A stretch of DNA of 18,246 nucleotides. It comes from an uncultured Gammaproteobacteria bacterium. GTDB lineage: Bacteria; Patescibacteriota; Patescibacteriia; VMEV01; CAZAJQ01. The notes under the pieces are model-generated. The model searched no databases. It saw nothing but the letters and a program-made list of their open reading frames with translations, and had not been told where the DNA came from. Location: positions 51,533 through 69,778 of the forward strand of contig CAZAJQ010000003.1 of assembly GCA_964485795.1 (NCBI GenBank), in the 5' to 3' direction. Shown piece by piece: positions 1 through 7,175 of the stretch. The translations under genes and the position numbers were made by a program. Numbering within the stretch: the first letter of the stretch is position 1; every line of letters begins with the position of its first letter.

Positions 1-1512
1 TCCATTCGAGAGCTCGTGGAGCGGGTCAAAGTCGAAGTAACGGATCTTCACAAGGATGTTGTGGACGATATCACGTTTGCGTGTGAAGGCGGCAGTTGCA
101 AGGGAAGGATGAAGCGCATTCCTGAAGTGCTTGATTGCTGGTTTGAATCCGGAGCCATGCCCTACGCCCATCTGCATTATCCTTTTGAAAATAAAGATTT
201 TTTTGAAAAAAATTTTCCGGCCGAATTCATCGCCGAAGGACAAGATCAGACTCGCGGATGGTTTTATACCCTGCATGTATTGGCTGCGGCCTTGAGTTTC
301 GGCGATAAACCTTCAGTGCCCGTGAAGGAAAGCGTTCCGGCGTTTCGGAATGTCGTGGTTCACGGCATTGTTTTGGCGGAGGACGGGAAAAAAATGAGCA
401 AAAAGCTCAAAAATTATCCGGATCCCAATCTCATGCTGGAAAAATACGGAGCCGATGCCATACGTTATTATTTTGCGTCATCGCCGGTGATGCATGGAGA
501 AAATTTCAATTTTTCCGAAAAAGATCTTCGCGAAGTGTACAATAAGACCGTGAATACGCTGCAAAATGTTTTGGAATTTTTTATGGAGTTTCGGGATACC
601 GACGCGAATTTCGTTCAAATACCCAAGCCCAAAAACGTTCTCGATGTGTGGATACTTTCGCGGCTTTCCGGACTCATCGAAGAAGTCGGCGTGAAGCTCG
701 ACGAATATCGCATCGCCGAAGCGAGTCGTCCAATCGGAGAATTTTTGTCCGACCTTTCGACGTGGTACTTGCGTCGAAGTCGAGATCGATTCAAAAACGA
801 AGCGCATCGAAAAGAGGCAACGCAAGTTTTGGGCTTTACATTGCGTGAGCTTTCAGCGGTGATGGCGCCGCTCACTCCTTTTGTGGCCGAAGCGGTGTTT
901 CTGTCATTGCATCCCCAAAAAGATTCCGTGCACTTGGAAAGTTGGCCAAAGATTCATGAGTCCTTAAGAAACGAAGAGGTGAAGCGGCATATGGAGAACG
1001 TTCGCAAGCTCGTGGAATTGGGGCTTTCGCTTCGAGCCGAATACAAAATCAAGGTTCGTCAGCCGCTTTCCACGTTTTGGATCAAAGATCATAAGGAGCT
1101 TTTGGGCTATCGCGATATTCTCGCGGATGAACTCAATGTGAAGGAAGTGGTGTTTGTGGATACCTTTGAAGAGGGTTCAAAAGCTCCGTTCAAAGAAGAG
1201 AAAAATTTTTCCGTTGCGCTTGACATCGAGATTTCTGAAAGTTTGAGACAAGAAGGGGTGGTACGCGATATGGTACGACATATCAACAGCCTTCGGAAGA
1301 AAAAAGGGTTGCGACGAACGGATCGCACGACCGTCACGGTTCGCACGAAAAGCGAACGCATCGGAAAAATTGTTCAAGATTCGTTGTCGGAAATATTGAA
1401 AGAAACCGTGAGCGATGATGTGCTGATGCGTTCCGAATCGGGCGAGGGTGAAGATTCGCTTTGTGTGGAAGGCGAGTTTGTTTCCTTCGAATTGGCGATG
1501 AAACAAAGATGA
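1..1512 (+). CDS. ileS: Isoleucyl-tRNA synthetase, C-terminal ~500 aa; the 5' end lies outside the window
   Basis: Frame 1 is open from base 1, so the track's GTG at 16 is internal. Stop is TGA 1510-1512. The translation shows IleRS-type blocks VLDCWFESGAMPYA and FIAEGQDQTRGWFYTL, and the class-I KMSKS loop as K-M-S-K-K at 391-405, followed by a helical anticodon-binding-type region. Family recognition is from memory. Confidence 0.9.
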   Translation, partial: SIRELVERVKVEVTDLHKDVVDDITFACEGGSCKGRMKRIPEVLDCWFESGAMPYAHLHYPFENKDFFEKNFPAEFIAEGQDQTRGWFYTLHVLAAALSFGDKPSVPVKESVPAFRNVVVHGIVLAEDGKKMSKKLKNYPDPNLMLEKYGADAIRYYFASSPVMHGENFNFSEKDLREVYNKTVNTLQNVLEFFMEFRDTDANFVQIPKPKNVLDVWILSRLSGLIEEVGVKLDEYRIAEASRPIGEFLSDLSTWYLRRSRDRFKNEAHRKEATQVLGFTLRELSAVMAPLTPFVAEAVFLSLHPQKDSVHLESWPKIHESLRNEEVKRHMENVRKLVELGLSLRAEYKIKVRQPLSTFWIKDHKELLGYRDILADELNVKEVVFVDTFEEGSKAPFKEEKNFSVALDIEISESLRQEGVVRDMVRHINSLRKKKGLRRTDRTTVTVRTKSERIGKIVQDSLSEILKETVSDDVLMRSESGEGEDSLCVEGEFVSFELAMKQR

Positions 1513-2093
1513 GCTTTATGATCACCACACTTTCCGGAATCATTACCGAAAAATACGAGCATTTCGCCATTCTTGAAGTATCGGGTGTGGGGTACAAAGT
1601 TTTTTTCCCGTTCCGCGTTTTATCGAGTATTTCTCGAGACGATCAAGGGAAGTGGTACATCTATCATCATATTCGTGAAGATCGGCAAGAATTGTTTGGC
1701 TTTGCGAGTCAGGAAGATTTGCAAATGTTCGAATGGCTGCTTGACGTGAGCGGTATAGGTCCAAAATCAGCTTTGAATATCCTTGGTTCCGCGGATGCGC
1801 CGACGCTCTATGCATGCATCGTGCAAAAAGACGTGGATCGTTTATCAGCGATTCCCAAAATCGGAAAAAAAAATGCCGAGAAAATGATTCTTGAGTTGCA
1901 CAAAAAATTAAGCAAGACGAGTTTTTCTTCCGAAACGAACGAAAATCGAGACGAAACCTATCGCGAAACCGTGGAAGCACTCGTAGGACTCGGATATCGC
2001 CAATCGCAAGCCGAGCTCGCCGCTGCGAAGACTTCGAATGCGGAAATCGATATCAGTCAAAGGATCAAAGCCGCCCTCAAGCATCTGTCATGA
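1509..2093 (+). CDS. ruvA: Holliday junction branch-migration complex subunit RuvA (194 aa)
   Basis: ATG 1509 overlaps the ileS stop (ATGA). An in-frame ATG at 1518 gives MITTLSGIITEK, which matches the canonical RuvA N-terminus even better. Other RuvA marks: OB-domain block VSGVGYKVFFP, helix-hairpin-helix blocks LLDVSGIGPKSALNIL and IPKIGKKNAEKMILEL, and C-terminal domain III ALVGLGY. The track start at 1461 lies inside ileS and is rejected. Confidence 0.88.
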   Translation: MSFMITTLSGIITEKYEHFAILEVSGVGYKVFFPFRVLSSISRDDQGKWYIYHHIREDRQELFGFASQEDLQMFEWLLDVSGIGPKSALNILGSADAPTLYACIVQKDVDRLSAIPKIGKKNAEKMILELHKKLSKTSFSSETNENRDETYRETVEALVGLGYRQSQAELAAAKTSNAEIDISQRIKAALKHLS

Positions 2094-2154
2094 TTTTTGA
2101 CGATTCCTTCGAGAGGAGTCCCTTTATGAGGCATGATCAGAAGTTGTTATTGGG

Positions 2155-2184
2155 TTGACAATAGGAATTAGATTAGTTTACAAT
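2155..2184 (+). promoter_or_regulatory. Sigma70-type promoter: TTGACA (2155-2160), 18-nt spacer, TACAAT (2179-2184)
   Basis: A perfect -35 hexamer and a 5/6 -10 hexamer sit in the 101-nt ruvA-downstream gap. The -10 overlaps the track's ATG at 2183, so the real start must be ATG 2195, only ~11 nt after the -10. Confidence 0.6.
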
Positions 2185-2194
2185 GAGGTTATGT

Positions 2195-3250
2195 ATGACA
2201 AATAAGGAAAAAATTTTAAAATTTATAGAGCGCCAGGGGAAAGCCACATCGCGAGAAATCATTGAAACGATCGGAGTATCTCGCCAGTACGTCAATCTGG
2301 TTATTTCCGAACTTGTTGCAGAAGAGAAGGTTTTGAAAGTTGGGTCGACTCGATACGCTTTTTACGTTTCCAAAGCGTATGTGGCAGATCATCCTGAAGT
2401 CGTACCGAATGTTTTTAAAAAACAATACGTCAATAAATCGCTCGAGGAGCACCGCGTATTTCTCGAAATCGAGGACAAACTGCCGCAACTCAAAGCACTC
2501 CCTGAAAACGTACGGAGTATTTTCACGTTCGCTTTTTCAGAGATGTTAAATAACGCGATCGAGCATTCCGGATCGAAACTCATATCCGTAGAAGTGATCA
2601 TTCGGGATAAACTCCTTTCATTCATCGTGAACGATGCCGGTGTGGGAGTCTTCCGCAAGATTATGAAAAACAGAAATCTCAAATCGGAAATCGAAGCGAT
2701 TCAGGATTTGCTGAAAGGTAAGACAACGACCATGCCGAAATCTCATTCTGGCGAGGGGATTTTTTTTACCTCCAAAGCGGGGGATACATTCGCATTGGAT
2801 AGTTTTGGCTCTATGCTTTCCATCGATAATCTCTCGGGAGATATATCCGTGCGAGCGACTTCTGCCATCAAACGAGGTACGAGAGTTATTTTTAAGATGA
2901 GTGTGGATTCCGATCGTCACCTGAATGATGTTTTCAAAAAATACACCGACCTGAACAGTGACAGTGATTATGGCTTCGACAAGACCGAAATTCGGGTAAA
3001 ACTTTTTACATCGGGTGGTGTTCATATTTCCCGGTCCCAAGCTCGGAGGATATTGGAAGGACTCGATAAATTCAAAGTGATCATGTTTGATTACGAGAAT
3101 GTGCCGCTCGTCGGACAGGCGTTTGCGGATGAAATCTACCGCGTTTTCCAGGAACGCCATCCGGACATCCGTCTCGAAAACGAAAATATGAGCGAAGGAG
3201 TGCTATTTATGGTCGAGCGAGCCAAAAATGAAACCAGAAAGAAAAAATAA
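2195..3250 (+). CDS. wHTH + GHKL (anti-sigma-kinase-like) ATPase + STAS-like (DUF4325-type) fusion protein, 351 aa
   Basis: N-terminal winged-HTH pattern KILKFIERQGKATSREIIETIGVSRQYVNLVISELVAEEKV (about 2195-2368). GHKL N-box EMLNNAIEHSG, G1 box NDAGVGV and G2-like SGEGIFFTS lie at about 2510-2902. The C-terminal block SQARRILEGLDKFKVIMFDYENVPLVGQAFADEIYRVF (about 2984-3217) fits my memory of the STAS-like DUF4325 family. Stop is TAA 3248-3250. Confidence 0.65.
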   Translation: MTNKEKILKFIERQGKATSREIIETIGVSRQYVNLVISELVAEEKVLKVGSTRYAFYVSKAYVADHPEVVPNVFKKQYVNKSLEEHRVFLEIEDKLPQLKALPENVRSIFTFAFSEMLNNAIEHSGSKLISVEVIIRDKLLSFIVNDAGVGVFRKIMKNRNLKSEIEAIQDLLKGKTTTMPKSHSGEGIFFTSKAGDTFALDSFGSMLSIDNLSGDISVRATSAIKRGTRVIFKMSVDSDRHLNDVFKKYTDLNSDSDYGFDKTEIRVKLFTSGGVHISRSQARRILEGLDKFKVIMFDYENVPLVGQAFADEIYRVFQERHPDIRLENENMSEGVLFMVERAKNETRKKK

Positions 3251-3283
3251 CGTTCAAAAAAATTTTTGCAGGTTACTCATATC

Positions 3284-4435
3284 ATGAAATCGCATTTCCG
3301 TTATATTATTCCGATCGTTGCGGGGCTGATTCTTTTTTCGGCCGCTTTTTTTGTGAAAAAAAATCAGCTGCCGCCCATGACCATCGAAGTTTACGGCACC
3401 AGTACGGATCTCAATATGATGGCCGTCGAGGACGCCTTGTTTTCCGTCGAAGAAAAATTCGATGACAAAGTTCGCATTCGCATGCATTATCTTTCTCCGC
3501 TCGATGAAGCGGGGAATTTCACGAGTTTGCAATCCCAACGTCTCGATGGAAAAAACGTATCGGACGAGATGAAGAGTTTTGACATCATGGAAAATCAAAG
3601 ACGGTTGGTAATGCAAAAATTTTTCCCATCCCATTTTTGGCCGTATATTCGACTTCGCAACAGTACCGGCATTGAGGTGGATTGGCAGCCTCTCGCTCGA
3701 TACATAGGCCTTGATGCCGTTGGGTTTCAAAAAAAGTTTTCGGACTTTGGGATTGATATGTTGCAGATGGAATACTCGTCGTTTCAAGCTGAGCAGGCAC
3801 ATTTTGACTTTGTGCCGTCCGAGGAAGTGCTGCCGTTTGTGATCATGAATGGAAAACTGTATCGTGGGAAAACGGATCTCGCGAGCATGGCATCCGAGGT
3901 GGCAAAATATTTTTTGCGCAAAGGAAGATCCGAGCTTCCTTCCGATCATTTTTGGAAAGTGGGGAGTTTTTCCATTCCAAAGCCTTGGGAATACGCATAT
4001 CGGGGAGTTCATGAATGTTACTCCGATGATGCCTGTCAGGAGAAGCGCGGAAAAATCGGAGTCTGTGAAAATAAAAATCGTCTTTTCGCGTATTGCCGCT
4101 ATGACGAAGCGCCGGTTGTGAACATTGTGGTCATCAAAGACGATTTTGATCAAAATTCCGATCCGTATATCAAGCTTTTCAAAAAAGATTTTGAAAATAT
4201 TTCCGTGAATCATTTTTCATCCGACTCGGAAGAAGCCAAACGGTGGAAAAAAAATCCCCAGCTGGCGTTTGATCCGCTGTATATTTTCGACGCCGCAATA
4301 GAAAAGCAACCTCGGTTCCAAACCTATATGAAAAACAATCTCCTGATCCGCCTTCCCGACGGCCGTTATGCAATCGCCTCAACGCTTTTTCGGAAAGAAA
4401 CCGCTCCTTCTTCCGCTGATGCAGAAGTGAGATGA
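3284..4435 (+). CDS. N-terminally membrane-anchored, two-domain thioredoxin/DsbA-like protein with degenerate active sites (383 aa)
   Basis: ATG 3284 gives MKSHFRYIIPIVAGLILFSAAFFVKK, a signal anchor. TIEVYGTSTDLNMMAVEDAL sits where related exported thioredoxin-fold proteins carry ..EFY.MSQCPYG.QAE... LPFVIMNGKLYRG resembles the cis-Pro/..NG..y.G block. A four-Cys linker ECYSDDACQEKRGKIGVCENKNRLFAYC (4016-4096) precedes a second alpha/beta-like domain. The coding call is firm; the fold assignment is from memory and is tentative. Confidence 0.5.
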   Translation: MKSHFRYIIPIVAGLILFSAAFFVKKNQLPPMTIEVYGTSTDLNMMAVEDALFSVEEKFDDKVRIRMHYLSPLDEAGNFTSLQSQRLDGKNVSDEMKSFDIMENQRRLVMQKFFPSHFWPYIRLRNSTGIEVDWQPLARYIGLDAVGFQKKFSDFGIDMLQMEYSSFQAEQAHFDFVPSEEVLPFVIMNGKLYRGKTDLASMASEVAKYFLRKGRSELPSDHFWKVGSFSIPKPWEYAYRGVHECYSDDACQEKRGKIGVCENKNRLFAYCRYDEAPVVNIVVIKDDFDQNSDPYIKLFKKDFENISVNHFSSDSEEAKRWKKNPQLAFDPLYIFDAAIEKQPRFQTYMKNNLLIRLPDGRYAIASTLFRKETAPSSADAEVR

Positions 4436-4455
4436 ATGAAGAGCTGTGATATACT
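4427..4455 (+). promoter_or_regulatory. Candidate extended -10 promoter for the cassette: GTGAGA (4427-4432), 17 nt, TGaTATACT (4447-4455)
   Basis: TG at 4447-4448, one base, then TATACT at 4450-4455. The -35 is weak (4/6). It lies in the 125-nt gap before the first cassette gene. Pattern match only. Confidence 0.3.
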
Positions 4456-4560
4456 GAGAATCATGCTCAATGTTTCCGATGCGGTATAAAGCCCCAAACA
4501 CATCGTTTGAGTAACTTGTCGGTTATCTGCTTATTTTTTTCGATGTCCAACAAAACAAAC

Positions 4561-6324
4561 ATGAGTAAGAAGAAAATATTTCTGACGTTTGTCGCGACGG
4601 CAGGGGTTTTTTTGTTGCTTTCAAACATAAGCTTTGCCAAGCACAATAATATCGAAGGATTCGCATGGTCTAGTCTCTACGGATGGTTTTCGCATAATAA
4701 TAAAGACGTTTCATTACTTGATAAGGATTCTCATTATGGCGTGGAGCTTCTAGCAGACAATCGCTTGACGGGCTATGCGTGGAATCCCAACTTGGGGTGG
4801 ATTCAGTATGATCCCGTTGCACCCTACCCCGAGTCTCCGGATTTTTCCGCGACATTTGACCCGGCCACCCAAGATATCAACGGCTGGGCGAAGATCGTTT
4901 CTTTGGGAGACGACGGTTGGCTGAAGATGAATGATATCGGCTACGGCGTATCCATCGGTTGCAACGGGGATTTCAGCGGCTATGCATGGAACAATGCCAT
5001 AGGATGGATCGATTACAGCAAAAAGACTTTTACGTTTGGGCCAAAAAAAGAAAGCGATGGAAAACTCAAAGGCTATGCATGGACTTCCACGCATGGATTC
5101 ATTTCTCACAGCGATCAAGACACCGGCGGCGCGGCGGCGCCAAAAACGTATCAAGTGACTTTGAACGCCGGCAATAATTTTGAAGGATTCGCTTGGTCGC
5201 CTTATCTCGGATACATAGATTTCAATCCTACCGGCATTCATCCCGGCGCACCGTCAAACGGGGTTCGCTATGATTCGAGCACCAAAGAAGTTTCCGGATG
5301 GGCGAAGATTGTGGAATTCGGCGATGACGGATGGATTTCGTTTCGAGGCATATCGGGCGACGGAGATCCGTATGGAGTGACTTTGGATGACGAAGGATAT
5401 TTCAACGGCTATGCATGGAATCCGATCATCGGATGGCTGGACTATCGCAAAGGAAGGGGGGGCGTAAAGCGGGTGGGTCTTGAAACGCCGCTTTCCGCGC
5501 CGCAGCTGGAAAGTCCGGTGAATGAAGTGGATTTGGGCATGTCAAACCCTTCCACCTATTTTACGCCAACTCTTGATTTCACTTCGTTTCCGGTGATAGG
5601 TCCTGCTTGCGCCGGATCGGAAAAAGCGTATCAGGTTCAGGTTTCGCGGCTCAACGATTTTCCCGACCCGGGTTCTCCGGGGCAAGCGGTGCCAGACCCA
5701 CTCGATCCGCGCTGGTCAAGCATCATGGTCAATGACACGATTTACACGACCTCTTCATCGGCCTATACGATTTTGGCCGGTGTTTTTGATCTTTCGGATC
5801 CAAACGGCCTTGCGCCCGGAACGGATTATAATCAAACGTTTTATTGGCGCGTGAGGTATCAAAATTCCAGCGATGAGCTGACGGATTGGGGGACGATAGC
5901 GCGTATTTTTGCACCGGTGGTAACGCCAAACGCTTTTAAGATGCCCAAGCATGCGCCTCCTCTCGCGGATTTTACCTACGATCCTTTGGAGCCTCCGGCA
6001 TTCACAGAAACGAAATTCACGGATACTTCCATAAGCTATGGAGGCAGTACTTTGGTATACTGGAAATGGGATTTTGGCGATTCACATATCATTGAATGCG
6101 CGGATGCCGGCGGTATCACATGTACCTGCGAGAAAGCCGGAACTGCCGTCACTTGCCCGGCGTTTGAAAATCAGCATCCCGTCCATGTGTATACCGATGA
6201 CGGGCTCATGACGGTTTCGCTTTTGATCCGCGATTCCGACGGATACGAAGGCACCAAGGTATTGCCCGCTCCGCTCAACGTCACCTTACCTTTGCCGAAG
6301 TTTGAGCTTGGTGCGCCGAGATGA
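4561..6324 (+). CDS. Secreted multi-domain surface protein (587 aa): signal peptide, eight G-[YFW]-A-W repeats, Fn3-like domain, PKD domain
   Basis: ATG 4561 gives a textbook Sec signal peptide, MSKKKIFLTFVATAGVFLLLSNISFA|KHNN. ATG 4543 is a possible alternative; the track's TTG at 4507 is unlikely. The repeat region is 4651-5451. A Fn3-like block at about 5479-5916 runs from AYQVQVSRLNDF to FYWRVRYQNSSDELTDWG. The PKD block at 5962-6276 contains WKWDFGDS ... HVYTDDGLMTVSLLIRDSDG. Stop is TGA 6322-6324. Confidence 0.8.
   Translation: MSKKKIFLTFVATAGVFLLLSNISFAKHNNIEGFAWSSLYGWFSHNNKDVSLLDKDSHYGVELLADNRLTGYAWNPNLGWIQYDPVAPYPESPDFSATFDPATQDINGWAKIVSLGDDGWLKMNDIGYGVSIGCNGDFSGYAWNNAIGWIDYSKKTFTFGPKKESDGKLKGYAWTSTHGFISHSDQDTGGAAAPKTYQVTLNAGNNFEGFAWSPYLGYIDFNPTGIHPGAPSNGVRYDSSTKEVSGWAKIVEFGDDGWISFRGISGDGDPYGVTLDDEGYFNGYAWNPIIGWLDYRKGRGGVKRVGLETPLSAPQLESPVNEVDLGMSNPSTYFTPTLDFTSFPVIGPACAGSEKAYQVQVSRLNDFPDPGSPGQAVPDPLDPRWSSIMVNDTIYTTSSSAYTILAGVFDLSDPNGLAPGTDYNQTFYWRVRYQNSSDELTDWGTIARIFAPVVTPNAFKMPKHAPPLADFTYDPLEPPAFTETKFTDTSISYGGSTLVYWKWDFGDSHIIECADAGGITCTCEKAGTAVTCPAFENQHPVHVYTDDGLMTVSLLIRDSDGYEGTKVLPAPLNVTLPLPKFELGAPR
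4651..5451 (+). repeat. Protein-level tandem repeats: eight ~31-38-aa units built on G-[YFW]-A-W-x(3-4)-G-[WFY]-[ILF], arranged as two ~135-aa super-repeats
   Basis: Repeat cores are GFAWSSLYGWFSH (4657-4695), GYAWNPNLGWIQY (4771-4809), GWAKIVSLGDDGWLKM (4882-4929) and GYAWNNAIGWIDY (4978-5016). These are followed by GYAWTSTHGFISH (5071-5109), GFAWSPYLGYIDF (5185-5223), GWAKIVEFGDDGWISF (5296-5343) and GYAWNPIIGWLDY (5407-5445). Units 1-4 and 5-8 match one-to-one in order and subtype. Confidence 0.85.
5962..6276 (+). other. PKD-type Ig-like domain with a ~30-aa four-Cys insertion
   Basis: FTDTSISYGGSTLVYWKWDFGDS, then IIECADAGGITCTCEKAGTAVTCPAFENQ, then HPVHVYTDDGLMTVSLLIRDSDG. This is the canonical WDFGD ... 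HxY..G.Y.V.L.v.D pattern with an unusually long cysteine-bearing loop between the two halves. Confidence 0.7.
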
Positions 6325-6378
6325 GCGGAGACAACCCATCAGAGGGTGTTTCGCATCATTCTTTCACATTTATTCATT

Positions 6379-7104
6379 ATGAGGAGTAATTTTCAAAATT
6401 TTATTTTCATTTTTACCCTCGGGTTGATTTTCGGGTTGGCCGTTTTTTCATCCGGAGCTGAGCTTTTGGCGGCTTGGACTTCGCCGGGGCTCGGGTGCTC
6501 GGTGGGACAATGCTTGCCGACCGGCAAGGTGGATGCCGGAACCGCGTCGCAAACCGGAAACGATCGTTTGACGATCAACGGGAAATTGGAAATCGGCGGA
6601 GAAGCGTACGGGCAAAGCGATGTGGCGATCGTGGACGGCGACCTCGTGCTGTCCGATGATGGCGACGATCCCGGTGATGTCGTTTTCTACGATGAAGCGC
6701 GCAATCTTCTCGGGAAAATATACGCGTTTTCAAACGGGCTGCATCTGCAATCCTCGTCTGCACGTCCGGCGGATCTTTTCATCGCAAATGACGGCGGAAA
6801 TGTGGGCATCGGCACACAAACCCCGGAAAGCAATCTTCACGTCGTCGGAAATTTTCAACTCATCGACGGCCATCAAGCGCAAAACGCATTGATGGTTTCC
6901 GATGGCGTCGGCAATGCGCAATGGAAATCGTCTGCAACGGCGTATCAATGTCCAGCAATCGCCTCCACCGGAGGATGTGGGGCTTCCAATTGCGATGGCA
7001 ATCTTCATTTCGAAACGTCGACATGTCAATATCAGGTCTGGGTGTTCGGGTGCACACCGGTCACGGCCAATTGTTCGGCCGCAGGGTATTATTCGGCGCA
7101 ATAA
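6379..7104 (+). CDS. Exported fibre-like paralog P1 (241 aa), W-x-S-P-x-C family
   Basis: ATG 6379 gives MRSNFQNFIFIFTLGLIFGLAVFSSGAELLA|AWTSPGLGCSVGQC. The central stalk motif is GGNVGIGTQTPESNLHVVG (6796-6849), followed by LMVSDGVGNAQW. The C-terminal ~55 aa carry 7 Cys. Stop is TAA 7102-7104. The track's GTG at 6346 would add an odd hydrophobic extension and is rejected. Confidence 0.8.
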   Translation: MRSNFQNFIFIFTLGLIFGLAVFSSGAELLAAWTSPGLGCSVGQCLPTGKVDAGTASQTGNDRLTINGKLEIGGEAYGQSDVAIVDGDLVLSDDGDDPGDVVFYDEARNLLGKIYAFSNGLHLQSSSARPADLFIANDGGNVGIGTQTPESNLHVVGNFQLIDGHQAQNALMVSDGVGNAQWKSSATAYQCPAIASTGGCGASNCDGNLHFETSTCQYQVWVFGCTPVTANCSAAGYYSAQ

Positions 7105-7175
7105 AGGATTTTTTATTGTAATGGCATGGCGAGAAATTTTTTACGAGCTCTCAAAAATCGATTGAACCCTCGATT

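Noticed and set aside
3254-4213. 319-aa ORF on the minus strand, opposite the thioredoxin-like gene
   Set aside because: Its translation has a low-complexity, odd composition with no motifs, and it is fully antisense to a + strand ORF that has a clear signal anchor and domain structure. It is a typical shadow ORF.
5456-5462. G7 homopolymer inside the large surface-protein gene as a phase-variation switch
   Set aside because: The tract is short for slipped-strand switching, and an identical G7 run occurs inside essential rpoB (13088-13094). Runs like A9 in ruvA (1865-1873) and T8 in P4 (9351-9358) also appear to be ordinary composition effects.
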